A DNA stretch of 64,000 bases from Prasinococcaceae sp. CCMP 1430 (lineage: Eukaryota; Plantae; Prasinodermophyta), in contig RQSC01000025.1 of NCBI GenBank assembly GCA_013416795.1, forward strand, positions 158,609 to 222,608. Reading direction: 5' to 3'. The notes under the pieces were generated by a model. The model was not told the DNA's origin, made no database searches, and saw only the letters and a list, made by a program, of their open reading frames with translations. A program made the translations under genes and the position numbers. Shown here piece by piece: positions 21,242 through 33,102 of the stretch (its first letter is position 1; every line of letters starts with the position of its first letter).

Positions 21242-22340
21242 TCAAATTATGTCGATCCCCAACACTGCGCCGAGGCCGAGCAGAAGCCCGACCACCAACG
21301 AGATAGAGGACGACAGGTAGGCGATGCGATCGACGCCGCGCTGGCCGTTGGTCTTGGCGACGATGTCGACACTCTTGGCGATGAAGGCTGTGTACGTGCC
21401 CATCGCGAAGATGGTGCCTAGGAGGAAGGCACCCAAGAAGCAGATGGCGTTGAGCGTTGGCATTGCGAAAGCCGGCATGATGACCACCAGCGCGTCCGGC
21501 TGGAGCCCGTGCAGCACGCCCGTGCTATACACCGCAAAAAGCTTGCGCCAACCCTTCTTGTCGCCCACCTCGATCTCATCGTCGTGGTCGTGGTCGTGGT
21601 GGTGCCCTCCCGACATGCGCTCCCATAGCCCCGTGGCGCCGATGATTACGAGTGTCGCAGCGACGGCCAGCGTGCCGTACTGGCTGAGCATCGCCAGGTC
21701 GAAGTGCATGTGCGAGCGCAGCAGGATGAAGGCGCAGCCGAAGATAATCTGGCCAGTGTCATGACCAAGCCCCCACAGCGCGCCCAGCAGGAAGCTCTGA
21801 GCGCGTCCTACGCCGACGCTCAGCGGCATGAGCGCGGCCAAGTGGTCCGGTCCGGTGAGCGTGTGGAGCCCGCCAGCCAGAAGACCAGAGACCAGGCTCA
21901 CGCTCGCACTCGCAATTGCAGCCGTGCCCACTGCCTCCCAGCCTAGCACGGCCGTGAACATCAGCGACGCAAGAGACAGGATCGCGCCGATAGCCAGCTT
22001 GTTCGCGACGAGCCACTGCTTGGCCTCAGCCTTGATCATGGCGAACGACGACCGGGGCAGAAGCCGGAGCGAGTTGATGGCCACCATGAGCGTGGCGCCC
22101 TCGTGCATGAGCACCGCTCCCCACAGCGGCACGAAGCCACTCAGCGCTGGCAAGGCGGCACCAGCGATGGACACAGCCGCCAGTACCAGATTCTGCTTCA
22201 GGATGGCCTTCATGCGGCTTGACAGCTGCACGAGATTGGGCAGAACGGAGGCGTCCGAGCGCAACAGGACGATGTCCGCCGCGGCCGCAGACGCCTCCGA
22301 TGGCGTGTGCGACACGGCAATGCCCACGTCTGCTGCGGCT

Positions 22341-22372
<32 letters not shown>

Positions 22373-24727
22373 CATCACACAGACCCCCTTGGCGCGCGCC
22401 TCCTCGACGCGCGCAAGCTTGTCCTCAGGCAGCAGCCCAGCGTGCACGTGCGACTCGGGGATTCCGACGGTCGCGCCCACGGCCACGGCGTTCTCTCGCC
22501 TATCACCCGTCACCATCGCCACGTCGCAGCTCTCGCCGCCCCACGCGGCCTCCTTGAGTTTTGAAACGGCCTCGCGGCTCGACGCGCGCACCGTGTCCGC
22601 GAAGTACATCATCGTGACGTCCTCAATCACGTCTGTCCCTGCCACATCCTGCTGCCCCCCGCTGCTGCTGCTGCCGCCCACGCTCGCACGCATCGCAATG
22701 GTCACGTGTGTGGAGTCCACCTGTGCTGCCAGCCGACGGATGCCCGCCGCGTTGTCGGCGTTCACGCACTTCGCCGCCACGTGGTCGAGGGAGCCAAGCA
22801 CCACGCTTATCTCCTCCGAGGGCTCGCCCTCTCCGACCAGCACAGCCGTTCCCTCCACGCCGCGCCCGTGCACCTGCTTGAAAGAGCCAAGCTGCACACG
22901 CGGGAGCCGTGTGCCGCTCCTCCTGCTGGCCGCCTGCGCGCTCGCATGGCAGTGCACGACCGCTCGCGCGATGGGGTGGCTCGCGGCGTGCTCGAACGCT
23001 TCTGCGACGGCCAGCGCGCGTCTCTCGGCGCTGGTCGACGGCTGGAAGAGCTCCCTTTTCAGCAACATGTCGGCATCGACGCCCGCCACTGCGCCCGCGC
23101 TCCTCTCCCGCGCGAGCGCGTCCTCCAGCCTCTCGACGCCGATGCACACCAGCTGTCCGGTGGTGAGGGTGCCGGTTTTGTCCATGAGGAAAGTTTTGGC
23201 GTCGGCCAGCGCCTCCAGCGTGCGCGCATTGTGGACGAGCACGCCATTGCGCGCACACCTGCCCAGTGCTACGACGTACACCAAGGGCGCCATGAACAGC
23301 GCACAGGGCGCCGCGGCCGTCAGGAAGCCGAACGCCCTGTAAATGGCCCCGCTGCCGGCGTCCGCGCCCACGAGCGGCACACCAAGCACGAGCGGCGCCG
23401 CCGTGATGAAGAGCGCCGTTGCGCCTAGCACGGCCTTCGAGTAGACGTCGCCGAAGCGTTGGATGAGCGTCTGCAGCCGCGGCGCGCGGCGCTGCGCCTT
23501 GTCCGTGAGGCGCGCGATGCGCGCGGGCATGCTGTCCTCGCTCGGCCGCACGGCTTGCAGCACCAGCACACCATCCAAGTTCTGCGCCCCGGCTGCCACC
23601 TCATCGCCAGCCGCCGCCTGGATTGGCAGCTCCTCGCCGGTCAGGTGGGCCACCGACACCATCGCAGTGCCCCGCACGACGGTCGCGTCCAGCGGCACCT
23701 GTTGGCCTGCCCGCACAAGCAGGAGCTCGCCAACGAGCACCTCCTCCGCGCGTCGCAGCCTGGCGGTGCTCACGTCCACGCCGAGCAGCTCTGCTTCGCC
23801 TTCCGCGTCGCTGTCGTCTGAGTACGCGGAGGCCGAGCCCGGCGCGTCCGCCGCAGCACCGGCGCCGCTCTCGTCGAGGGCGCTGCGCGGCAGCACCCAC
23901 GCCTCGGTGGGCACCGAGTCCCACAGCGCCTTCACGTTGGCCTGCGCCCTGTCGGTGAGCTCGTCCTCCACCAGGTGCGCCGCGCCGAAGAGCACCAGCA
24001 GGAGCGCGCCCTCGAGCGCACAGCCGAGCAGCACCGTGCCGAACACCGCCAGGCTTGTGAGGACGTAGATGTTGACGTTGCCCGCGGCGACCTCGTTGGC
24101 CGTGTCCCATGCGGTGGACGCGCCCGCGAGCATGAAGACGGCGACGGTTCCCGCGGTCTGGATGCCCGCGCACACGCTCGCCAGCAGCGCATGCTCGGCG
24201 GCGCTCCGCGCGGCGACGAACGCGCACATCGCCGCGGCGGCCAGGAACGCCGCCGAGACCCCCGTGGCCCACGGCCGGCGCAGCTCGTCGACGACGTCCT
24301 CCAGGAGCTCTTTCGGCGTGCGCGGCACCAGGTCGAGGTCGTTCGCGACCTCCTCGACGGCCACTGCCGCGCTCGTGCGCCCCGAGCAGCATCCGCCGCC
24401 GGGCGCGCCGGGGCCCGCGAGCGCCTTAGGCCCTCCCAGCGATGGCCGGAACGCCCTGCGGCCTGCGGCGCCCGCGCCCGCCCCCTCGCGCGCCACGGCG
24501 CAGCGCCGCNNNNNNNNNNNNNNNNNNNNNNNNNNNNNGGCGTCGCCTCCGGGCGTTCGAGGCGGGGCCTGCCCCGCCGCGCGCGCGCTGCGCTGCGCGC
24601 GCGCCCTCTGGCGGGAACCCCGTCGCGGCCGCAACGCACCCCGAACTCGAACCGCGTCCGCGGGCCGGGTGCCCAGGCACGTCAAAATGCACGCGAGAAC
24701 CGCGGAGGGCGCCCACGTGGCCCACAT
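21242..24727 (-). CDS. HMA1: P1B-4 heavy-metal ATPase (HMA1-like) fused C-terminally to a NicO/CGF-type His-rich metal transporter domain; 29-N gap near the 5' end
   Basis: LTGE, APCAL (xPC), DKTGTLT, HP, GDGINDAPALAAAD and HEGAT motifs. The frame continues without a stop into GLHTLTGPDHLAAL, GALWGLGHDTGQ, HHHDHDH and GVLHGLQPDAL. Confidence 0.88.
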
Positions 24728-25551
24728 ATCGGCGACGGTGCACAGTGCACAAAACTGCGCAGACCTCCTGCGTAGATGGCTTTTGCAGACCGCCGGCCGG
24801 CCCAAACCCGCAGCAGCGCCCGGCCGGGATTTATTTTTTTTGGTTGTGTGTCTGGCTGGCTCGGACGACGAGCGGGTCCGGACCGGGGGAGAGGGGGGGG
24901 GTCGCGAGAGGGGGCGCGGTGCGGTGCGGTGCGGCGGGTCGGGTGGGTGGGTCGTTGGGTGGGTTTGTTCGTGGGTTTGTTCGTGGCGTTTGCCGACCGA
25001 AGGTTCCCTGTTCCCTGTTGATTGGTCGATGTTCGGCCAGCCAGCCAGCACGGGGCACAGCCAGCCAGGGCCGCGCGCGCGCTCGCTCGCCGACCGGCCG
25101 ACCGAGCGACCGAGATCGCATGGAAAACGCCCATCGGGCCTGCCATCCACCGCGTTGGCGAGATGGGAGGGTAAGAACACTCGTGAAATTGAAAGGGCAG
25201 ATAATTAACCCTGATATTTTATACCCAAATCGTGTTTGGGTCGGTGCCTCCCACCCAGCCAGGTGGGAGGTGCCGACCGACCGAGGTGGGAGCCCCGTCC
25301 GCGCAAGACTCTGCGAGTCGGGCAAAGCACGCCCGCGCCAACCAGCCGATTGGAACCAATCGCCGGTGCTGTGTGTGGCAAGAGCCAGCCGGTCGGACGC
25401 TGCTGGCGGGCGAATTGGCGCGCGGCGGTCGCGCTCGCCTCCCTGGCCGGCATCCCGCGCTCGGTCGGCGGCCGCCCGCCGCGGAGGGAGGGAGGGAGGG
25501 AGGGAGGGAGGGTGGCCCCATCCCCATCCGCGGCGGGGTGCGCTCGCGCGN

Positions 25552-26175
25552 GCGAGCGCAGCGTCGAGTTCCCGTCCCTGCGCGAGCTGCGCATGGCAAT
25601 CCCGAAGGCATGCTTCCAGCCGAGCACGGCGACGTCGCTCGCGTACGCCGCGTGCGACTTGTCGCTCCTGGCGGCGTGCGCGCTCGTTGCACGGCCGTTT
25701 GCGCTGGCGCACCCGGCGCTGCTGCCCTTGTACTGGGCGGTGAGCGGCTTGGTCATGTGGATGGTGTTCGTCATCGGGCACGACTGCGGCCACGGCTCGT
25801 TCTCGCGGAACCCCACGCTGAACGCGGTGGTGGGCCACCTGTGCCACACGCCACTCATGGTGCCCTTCTGGCCGTGGGCGTACAGTCACAAGATGCACCA
25901 TAAGTACCACAACCACCGTACGAGGGATATGAGCCACAAGTGGTGGACACGGGAGGAGTACGCCGACGTGCACCCGCTCGTTCGCGCTCTGGCGCTGGAC
26001 ACGCCGCTCGGGATCGTGACGGCCTTTCCGGGGTACCTGCTGCTTGAGGGGAAGCGGTGTGGCACGGACGGGAGCCACTTCTGGCCGGGAAGTAGGCTGT
26101 TTGACAGGGCTCCAAAGGAACGCAAGAAGTGCGCCGTGAGCTCGGCCCTGTGCGTGGCGTTCCTGGTGGGCACTG
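25552..26175 (+). CDS. N-terminal half of an omega-3/omega-6 fatty acid desaturase (in frame with the downstream helicase)
   Basis: LRMAIPKACF, His box 1 HDCGH, His box 2 HKMHH and GSHF. The third His box is absent, and the 5' end lies in the single-N gap at 25551. Confidence 0.85.
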
Positions 26176-28895
26176 CCTGGGCGCCGACGGTGCCGGCCGA
26201 GCCGGTGCACGTCGCCTACGAGCGCTCCGACGGCACGCCCCTCGGCAAGAAACAGCTGGGCGCCGCCGCGTGCAAGTGGCTCGCCGCCGGGGCCGCGAGC
26301 GCCGCGCGCGTCATCATCGCGGACTTCGAGCAGCGGGCGACCGCCCAGCGGCGCGCCGACGACGCCGACGACGACGAGGGCGCGCGAACGAGCGCGCGCG
26401 CGGGCATGGTTGCGCCCGCGGGCGAGTCCGTGTACGCGCTCCTGCAGCGCTACCTCGAGGGCGAGCGCGTGCCCGCCGGAGCCGAGGATGCGTGTGCCAG
26501 GGCGCGCGCCAGCCTGCCGACGCTCACCGAGGCGCTGAACACGGCGCTGCTGAGCGCCGTTCGCGACCGCGCGGCGGAGCGCGGCGACGAAGATGGGCGC
26601 GGCGCGGACGGCGAGGCCACGCTGCAGGCCATCCGCAAGGCGATGCGCTCGTCGTCCGAGCACCGCACATTCGCCACCGGCATCGCGGAGGAGCGCAAGG
26701 TCATCGAGGCGCGCAGGCTCGTGGCCGAGGCCGTGGCTGCGCGGTGCGACGAGCTCGTCGAGCTCAACTCGCTGGAGCGCGGCGCGCAGGAAGCCGAGCT
26801 CGAACTCGACCTGGCCGCGACGGTCTGCCGCGTGGACCGGCGCGACTTCGCGGGCGAGCCGACGCTCGTGCGCGCCGCCTCGGTGCGCAAGTCGGAGGGC
26901 CGTTGCGTGCTGACGCTCTGCTTCCCCGAGGGCACCTTCAGCGATGGCACGGAGGACACAGCTGACGCGAGCGTGCTCGAGGGGGCGAGCGCGGTCAGGC
27001 CGGTGCTGCGCAACGGGTCGAGCATCCGCCTGCGCGTGCTTGGCGAGTTCGAGGACGTGGCGGCTCGCAACGCCGGCGTGCTGCGCGGCGAGGCCGCCAT
27101 GGCGGCCGCGGAGGGAAAGTTGGTGCTGTCTGGCCGTGCGACGCGGGCCACGTCGGATCTTGTGGACGTGACGCTTGACGAGGATTCGAGCGCCCCCGCC
27201 GCTGCCCTGGGCGGGGAGGAGGCGCTGTTTTCGACGGGCTTCGCGATGTTTGTGGGCCCGGACGTGCGCACGTTCGAGCGCAACGCAGAGTACATTCAGA
27301 CCCTCAAGGGGTTCTCCAAGGCCAAGCGCCTGCGCCAGCACCACGCCCGTGACGTTGTGCTCGCGGCCTTCGGCGAGGTCGGATCGCTGCCGGCGCCTGC
27401 CGGCGCGACCGGATCCGCGGAGGCGGGAAGCGACGGTGTCTCTGCGGCCGTCGAGTCTCGCGCGACGGAGGCCATCAAGAAGGCCGTCGGTGCCACGCAG
27501 CTCAACCCCGAGCAGTCGCTCGCGCTCGAGTCCGCTCTGGACCCAAACAGGCCCGTCACGGTCATCCAGGGCCCGCCGGGCACTGGCAAGTCGCAGGTGC
27601 TCGAGGCCGTCGTGCGCGCGGCTGTAGACAGGGGCCAACGCGTGCTGGTATGCGCACCGTCGAACGCGGCCGTCGACAACATGGTGGAGAGGCTCGCGCG
27701 AGCGCCCGCGGCGCAGGCGACGGCTGGCATCATGGACATCGTGCGCAGCGGGAACCCCGAGAGGGTGACCGCCGCTGCGCAGTCGTGCTTGCTTGCGGCG
27801 CGCGCCGTCGAGGCGGCGGAGGTCCCTCGGAGGGCCAAGCTCGCGCAGCTGGCGGAGATTCGCAGGCTGCTGGAGGCGAAGCGCTGGGAGAAGAGCGAGC
27901 TCATGGACCTCACCACGCGACAGCGCAAGCTGCGAAGGCAGGTCAAGGCGCTCGCGCGCGACACTGCCAGGCGCCTGGCGTCCAACGCGGATGTGGTCTG
28001 CTGCACGTGCACGGGGCTGGGCGAGGACGCGGTCATCTCCGCCGCGCCATTCGACCTTGTCGTGCTCGACGAGGCCGCGCAGGCCACCGAGCCAAGCTCG
28101 TGGGGGCCGCTGCTCGCCGGCAAGCGGGCTGTCCTCGCTGGGGACGTACACCAGCTAGGCCCCACCGTTATCAGCCCGGACGCCGGTGAGCGCGGGCTCA
28201 GCACAACGCTGATGGACCGGCTTTCGTCGGCGTACGGAGGCGCTCTGACCGTGACCCTGAAGGAGCAGTACCGCATGCACAGTGCTATCAGCCAGTGGGC
28301 GGCGGACGCGACATACGGCGGTGAGCTGAGGGCGGCGGAAGGGGTGGCACAGTGGCTGCTGGCCGACCTGCCGGGCGTGCAAGCAACCGCTGCGACGCAG
28401 AGCCCCATCGCGCTCATTGACACCACCGGACAGGTCGGTGCAGAGGAGCGCCACGCGGATGGTGGAGGCTCGTTGTACAACCTAGGCGAGGCGTTTGCCG
28501 TTGAGACGCACGTTCGTGATCTGCTGGCGGCTGGCGTGACGCCCGCGTCCATTGCAGTGGTCTCGCCCTACGCTGCACAGGTGGCGCTGCTGAAGAATGC
28601 CCTCTCGGAACTCGAAGTCGAGGTCGCCACCGTCGACGGATGGCAGGGGCGTGAAGCCGACGCCGTCGTGCTGTCGATGGTGCGCTCCAACGAGTACCAT
28701 ACGGTGGGCTTTCTGGCGGACGAGCGCCGATTGAACGTGGCCGCCACGCGCGCGCGCATGCACCTCGCGATCGTGTGCGACGTGAGCACGGTGGGAGAGG
28801 ACCCGTTCATCGCGGGGCTGCTGAGGGCCTGTCGGCTCTCGGGCGTGCAGATGCGCGCGACGCTGACCGCGGGCGATCCCGTGGACGCGGCATGA
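26176..28895 (+). CDS. SF1 (Upf1/SMUBP-2-like) helicase resembling the plastid-type SMUBP-2 homologues of plants
   Basis: IQGPPGTGKS, VLVCAPSNAAVDNMVERL, VVLDEAAQ, LAGDVHQLGP, LKEQYRM, VSPYAAQV, TVDGWQGREAD and RRLNVAATRAR. Confidence 0.92.
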
Positions 28896-29251
28896 CCGCT
28901 TGCAATCGCTCGCGCGACTGACCTGTTCGCGGCAGCGTGCTTTGCGGTCTCTGGTGTGATCGTCGAAAGCACATGCAGTGGCGGCCAGAAAAAAGTAACA
29001 TGTCAATTTGTACATGCGCACACGCAGGCGCGCGAGCCGCGTGCAGAAATCACGATATTGATGTGTTTGTTTGCGAACCCTGCGCGCGCAAGGGGTGGCT
29101 AGCTAGAGGGTGCCACCAGACGGCCAGGACCGCTGTGTGTATGTGGTGGTAGGGTGTGGTGAGTGGGAGAGGGGAGGGGGGGGTCGCCTGTCTCGGGGAG
29201 CGAGCCGCCGAGCCCCCTCGGCTCGGATTTTTTTGGCGTCCGTCGATCAGT

Positions 29252-30094
29252 CTATGAGAAAAAGAGCGCAATGGACTCCGCCGCAATGATCACGTACGGC
29301 AGGATGAAAGTCATCCATTCGCCTACGGGTGTGACGCGCGCCGTGTGGGAAGTGCGATTGACGGACGTTGCCATTGCTGTCACCGTGTTGTTGTCGACGA
29401 CTGTTGCTCCGGCCGAATGGCAGCTGACGGTCACGGCCCCGAGGTCGTCTACGCCACACACAGCCGCCCCACCCGCGCATGGCGCCCAGTGTAGCTCACG
29501 CGGCGTCGGCATACAACTCGCAGGCAAACAGGTGACCTCCACCCTGAACGCTGGCCGCTGGCCGTCGCGGTCGCCCGCGCTTTTGCCCGCGGCCCCGCAC
29601 GCGGTGAGCACGTTCGTGCTGGGGATCCCGAAATTGGCCGTCGCGAGAGGTGACAGTCGTGTCGTCACGCCAACGTAATCCTCATTCGACCTCTCACTAT
29701 CGCTCCACGCCGGGCCATAGACGGCCGCAGTGCACACGCAAGCGCGCACGGCGGCCAACTGATGCTCTGCTGCCGCAAGGTTTTCAGCGCCCCCTGTGCC
29801 TGCGTTCTGCTGGGTTGCAGCGCTCGCTCGGGCGCTGTCGCAGTCGACGGAGCTGCCATTGCAGGTGGCGACGCTGAGCGACGGCATCAGTGCCAGCCCG
29901 CCCATGGATAGGTCGTCTGCAGCGCAGCCCGCCACCGCCAACGAATCTGTGCGCTGGCGCGACCCTACACGCGCTGCGCCCGCATTGGCGGCGGCGAGGT
30001 CGCACGCCGCCAGCACGACTATTGCGCATGCAACGGTAGCGTGCCAACGTCCACGCAGTGGTGGAGCGATGCGGGCTCGCGCCGGCAAGAGCAT
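29252..30094 (-). CDS. Hypothetical Cys-rich membrane-anchored protein
   Basis: ATG-initiated 280 aa ORF with an N-terminal hydrophobic segment, about 11 Cys, NxT sequons and a C-terminal hydrophobic segment. Confidence 0.45.
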   Translation of the reverse strand: MLLPARARIAPPLRGRWHATVACAIVVLAACDLAAANAGAARVGSRQRTDSLAVAGCAADDLSMGGLALMPSLSVATCNGSSVDCDSARASAATQQNAGTGGAENLAAAEHQLAAVRACVCTAAVYGPAWSDSERSNEDYVGVTTRLSPLATANFGIPSTNVLTACGAAGKSAGDRDGQRPAFRVEVTCLPASCMPTPRELHWAPCAGGAAVCGVDDLGAVTVSCHSAGATVVDNNTVTAMATSVNRTSHTARVTPVGEWMTFILPYVIIAAESIALFFS

Positions 30095-30396
30095 CGCCGC
30101 CTTTGCTGGCCGATGCGCGCTTCGACGGGCGTCCGGGCGCGCCTCTCAGCTGCGATGCCCCCGAGATCCCGCGCCCCTAGCCAGCGCGTTGCCGCCGCGC
30201 GCCCCGCGCTGTGCGCGCTGTGGCCGGCAGCGGCGTGCGCATGACATGAAATGTGCCGCCAAAACGCATGCCCCATGGCATTTTAACCTATTTTTTTGAA
30301 ATGCGTTCCCGCCGTCGCCGTCGCGCCGCCGCGATGCGCGCTCTCGTGTCCGCAGTGCACGTGGGCGCTCCGCCACCACTCCCTCAACGACTAACT

Positions 30397-32694
30397 CTAC
30401 TGCGCGTGTCCGCCGTGGCCTCCGCCCTGTCCGTCGACGCTAGCAGCAACGATCGGCGCTACGTGCGCCCCGGCGGCGAGCAGAAGGTCGGCCGGCGTGA
30501 TCTCCACGTGTGCGTCGACCGACCCCCCGCCCGTGAAGACAGTCTCTTGTGACGCCGCCACCGACTCCGACATGAGCACGGTGAGCTGCACACTCTCGGG
30601 CATCCTCCTCAAGCCGACAGCAGGCACAGAGCCCGGCACGTAGCCGAAGAGCGAGCCACACTCCTCGGGCGTGCACAGGCGCAGCGACTTGCGAGCGACG
30701 CCAAGCCGCTCCGCCACCACGGCGAGCGCAGCGCGCTCGGACCCACTCAGGAGTAGCAAGCACGCCATGGCGATCCTCCACTCGTTCCCAGCGGCAGCGT
30801 CCTCCACGACGCACGCAATGCTCTTGACCATCCGCGCGCACGGCACGCCCAGCGACGCCGCCACTTCATTCATCGAGCCCGCTCCACTCGGCGAGCGCGT
30901 GATTACGAAGCGTTCTGCCGGCAGCGCCGCACACATGGCTGCCCGTACCGCCGCCTCGCCATCCCCAGGGCTAAAAGGCGGCGAGGGCGCCCCTTCCACG
31001 TCTGCTCCGCGCCACGGCGGACGCGACGCGTCGTACGGTGCCACCGAAGAGGCCATCACATGCTCTGAGGCAGCGTGCACTGCTTCGGCGCCGTGCTCTG
31101 CACACAGCGCGTCCCAGAGGCGCACACAGCAGTGCGCGTCGTTGCTCGCGTACAGAACCTGGCGCTCGCACAGCGGGCGCGCCTCCCAGTTGCTGCACGT
31201 AACACTCTTGTCCAACGGTTTTCCTAGCACGACCTTGCACAATCCTGCGAGACCACCGGGTGCGCGCTGTCCGGTGAGCTGCGAGTGCACAGCTCCGACG
31301 TCCACCACACCGCGCACCTCATGAAAGGCACGAAGCGCATACGATGAGCGGAGTTTCTTGAAGTCCCCGATGACTGCGTACCCCAGCTTGTTCAGTTTGG
31401 CGGACGCCATCAACGGATACAAGCCCGCGTCCAGAGCGCGCAGCGCCTCCTCTTGGGCGCGCAACGCGACCATGTCAAATAGATAAGCTCTCCGAGCGCA
31501 TGAAATCTGCAGCAATGCCACAGGCCGCGAACCACCTTTCTTGCTCGTGGTTGGTCGCCACTCGCTGTCGAGCCCGATAATCTCGGCCGTGCGGAGCCAC
31601 TCGCAGGCCTCCAGCACGCCGCTCTCGTCGGTAACCAGCCGCACATGTTCTCGTGGGATTCCAAGCTCAAGGAAGGAGTCGCGCATCCTAGTTGAATTTT
31701 CCGCGTCACTGAATGTCACGTCGAAGCCGAATCTTGCTTGCAGGAGCGCGGCCTCGCCCGCGTCACCCGCTGCCGCTCTGAGCTCCACAACGAGTCTCTG
31801 CAATTCAGTGTCCTCGCCAGCTCGTTCCACGGCGATCTCCCAGCGCCCTTTAGAGGCCAGTTTCGTGATTGTCTGTCGCCCATAGAGCAATCTCGCCTGC
31901 GGGTAGCTCGAAGACAGCCCGAACGTGCCGCAGCACCGGTGTGCTTGTTTGTACAGCTCTCGATCGATGAGCGTGCGCACCAGGTGATGCCTCGCATCCG
32001 AGTCCAGGTGCCTTGCAAAAGACTCCGCCAGATCCATCGCGTCGTGCTCCACCAGGCGATCGAGCGTGCTGAGTTGCGCGAATGCCTCCAACTCGAAAGT
32101 GAGCGCGAGCGAGCAGGCAGGCGTTGCTGTCTTCCGAGCGCTCACCAACCGAGCGGCGAAGGCCGCGACAACGTCCGCGCCGGTCTCGCTGCTGTGCTCA
32201 ACCAAGTCCTCCCGTGTCAGCCCAACCACATGGGCAACGCGCGCGACTGCGCGCGGCTCCAGGGCCCTGCCGCCGCTGCCACCAGTCCCATCGCCGCCGC
32301 AACTGCCTAGGTTGATTGCTGCCGCGGCCGCCACCATGCGTGCGGCCCGACTGCGCGCGGCCTCGCATGCAACGTGCGGCGCCTGACGTGTCGCGGCGAA
32401 GGCTCGCCTCGGCCGGTCGGTGGCGCACGTACGCTCCACCGTCTCGAGCAAACAGTGCACGAGCGGGCCGCCCACGACGCCCTCCCGCACGAACACCTCG
32501 ACGACTGCCAACAGCTCGTCCGCCACGCTGCCACCACCGCCTCCCTGCGCCGCCTCTGCGCCGGCACACAGCGCGGTGGCGAGCGCCGCGAAGGTCGCCC
32601 CTTCAGTGTGCCGCGCACGTACCTCGGCCGCAAGCGCGTCTGCTCCACCGCCGACCCGCAACGGCGCCTCGAGGGTGACTCCGCGCCGCGGCAT
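30397..32694 (-). CDS. Mut-7/EXD3-like 3'-5' exonuclease with a C-terminal YbaK/aminoacyl-tRNA-editing-like domain
   Basis: GLDSEWRP (ExoI), ALLQIS, KLGYAVIGDF (ExoII), LAGLCKVVLGKPLDK..SNWEARPL...Q..YASNDA (ExoIII). The C-terminus has MVKSI, FGYVPGSVPAVG and FTGGGS (YbaK-like). Confidence 0.82.
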   Translation of the reverse strand: MPRRGVTLEAPLRVGGGADALAAEVRARHTEGATFAALATALCAGAEAAQGGGGGSVADELLAVVEVFVREGVVGGPLVHCLLETVERTCATDRPRRAFAATRQAPHVACEAARSRAARMVAAAAAINLGSCGGDGTGGSGGRALEPRAVARVAHVVGLTREDLVEHSSETGADVVAAFAARLVSARKTATPACSLALTFELEAFAQLSTLDRLVEHDAMDLAESFARHLDSDARHHLVRTLIDRELYKQAHRCCGTFGLSSSYPQARLLYGRQTITKLASKGRWEIAVERAGEDTELQRLVVELRAAAGDAGEAALLQARFGFDVTFSDAENSTRMRDSFLELGIPREHVRLVTDESGVLEACEWLRTAEIIGLDSEWRPTTSKKGGSRPVALLQISCARRAYLFDMVALRAQEEALRALDAGLYPLMASAKLNKLGYAVIGDFKKLRSSYALRAFHEVRGVVDVGAVHSQLTGQRAPGGLAGLCKVVLGKPLDKSVTCSNWEARPLCERQVLYASNDAHCCVRLWDALCAEHGAEAVHAASEHVMASSVAPYDASRPPWRGADVEGAPSPPFSPGDGEAAVRAAMCAALPAERFVITRSPSGAGSMNEVAASLGVPCARMVKSIACVVEDAAAGNEWRIAMACLLLLSGSERAALAVVAERLGVARKSLRLCTPEECGSLFGYVPGSVPAVGLRRMPESVQLTVLMSESVAASQETVFTGGGSVDAHVEITPADLLLAAGAHVAPIVAASVDGQGGGHGGHAQ

Positions 32695-33102
32695 GCCCGG
32701 CCCTGCGCTGCCAGACCTCCACACGGGGCGCGAGCCGCGCCGCCGCGAGCCGCCGCGCGCGACGGTCGCGGCGCGGTGCACGGCCGCCGCCGCGCGGAGC
32801 GGCGCGCTCACCGCGTGACCCGTGGGTAGCGTGGGTGCTGGCGGCGGGCGCCGCCGCAGCCAAGGGGTGCGTTGTCGTCGTGCAGGGTGCGCTACGCCCC
32901 CGGTGACGGCACGCTGCGGTGTGGCGCGCCTCGCTCCCGCCGCGCACAGGAGCTCTGGGTCCCCTCGCAGCGTGCGTCAATCCTCGCGTGCGCTGGCTGC
33001 TTTGGAACCACACGGCGCACGGCGAGCGCCCCCGCCTGGGCAGGCAGGCGGGGGCGGGGCAGGGGTAGCTGAGGACGGGGTCCCGGAGCGGGACCCGTCG
33101 CG

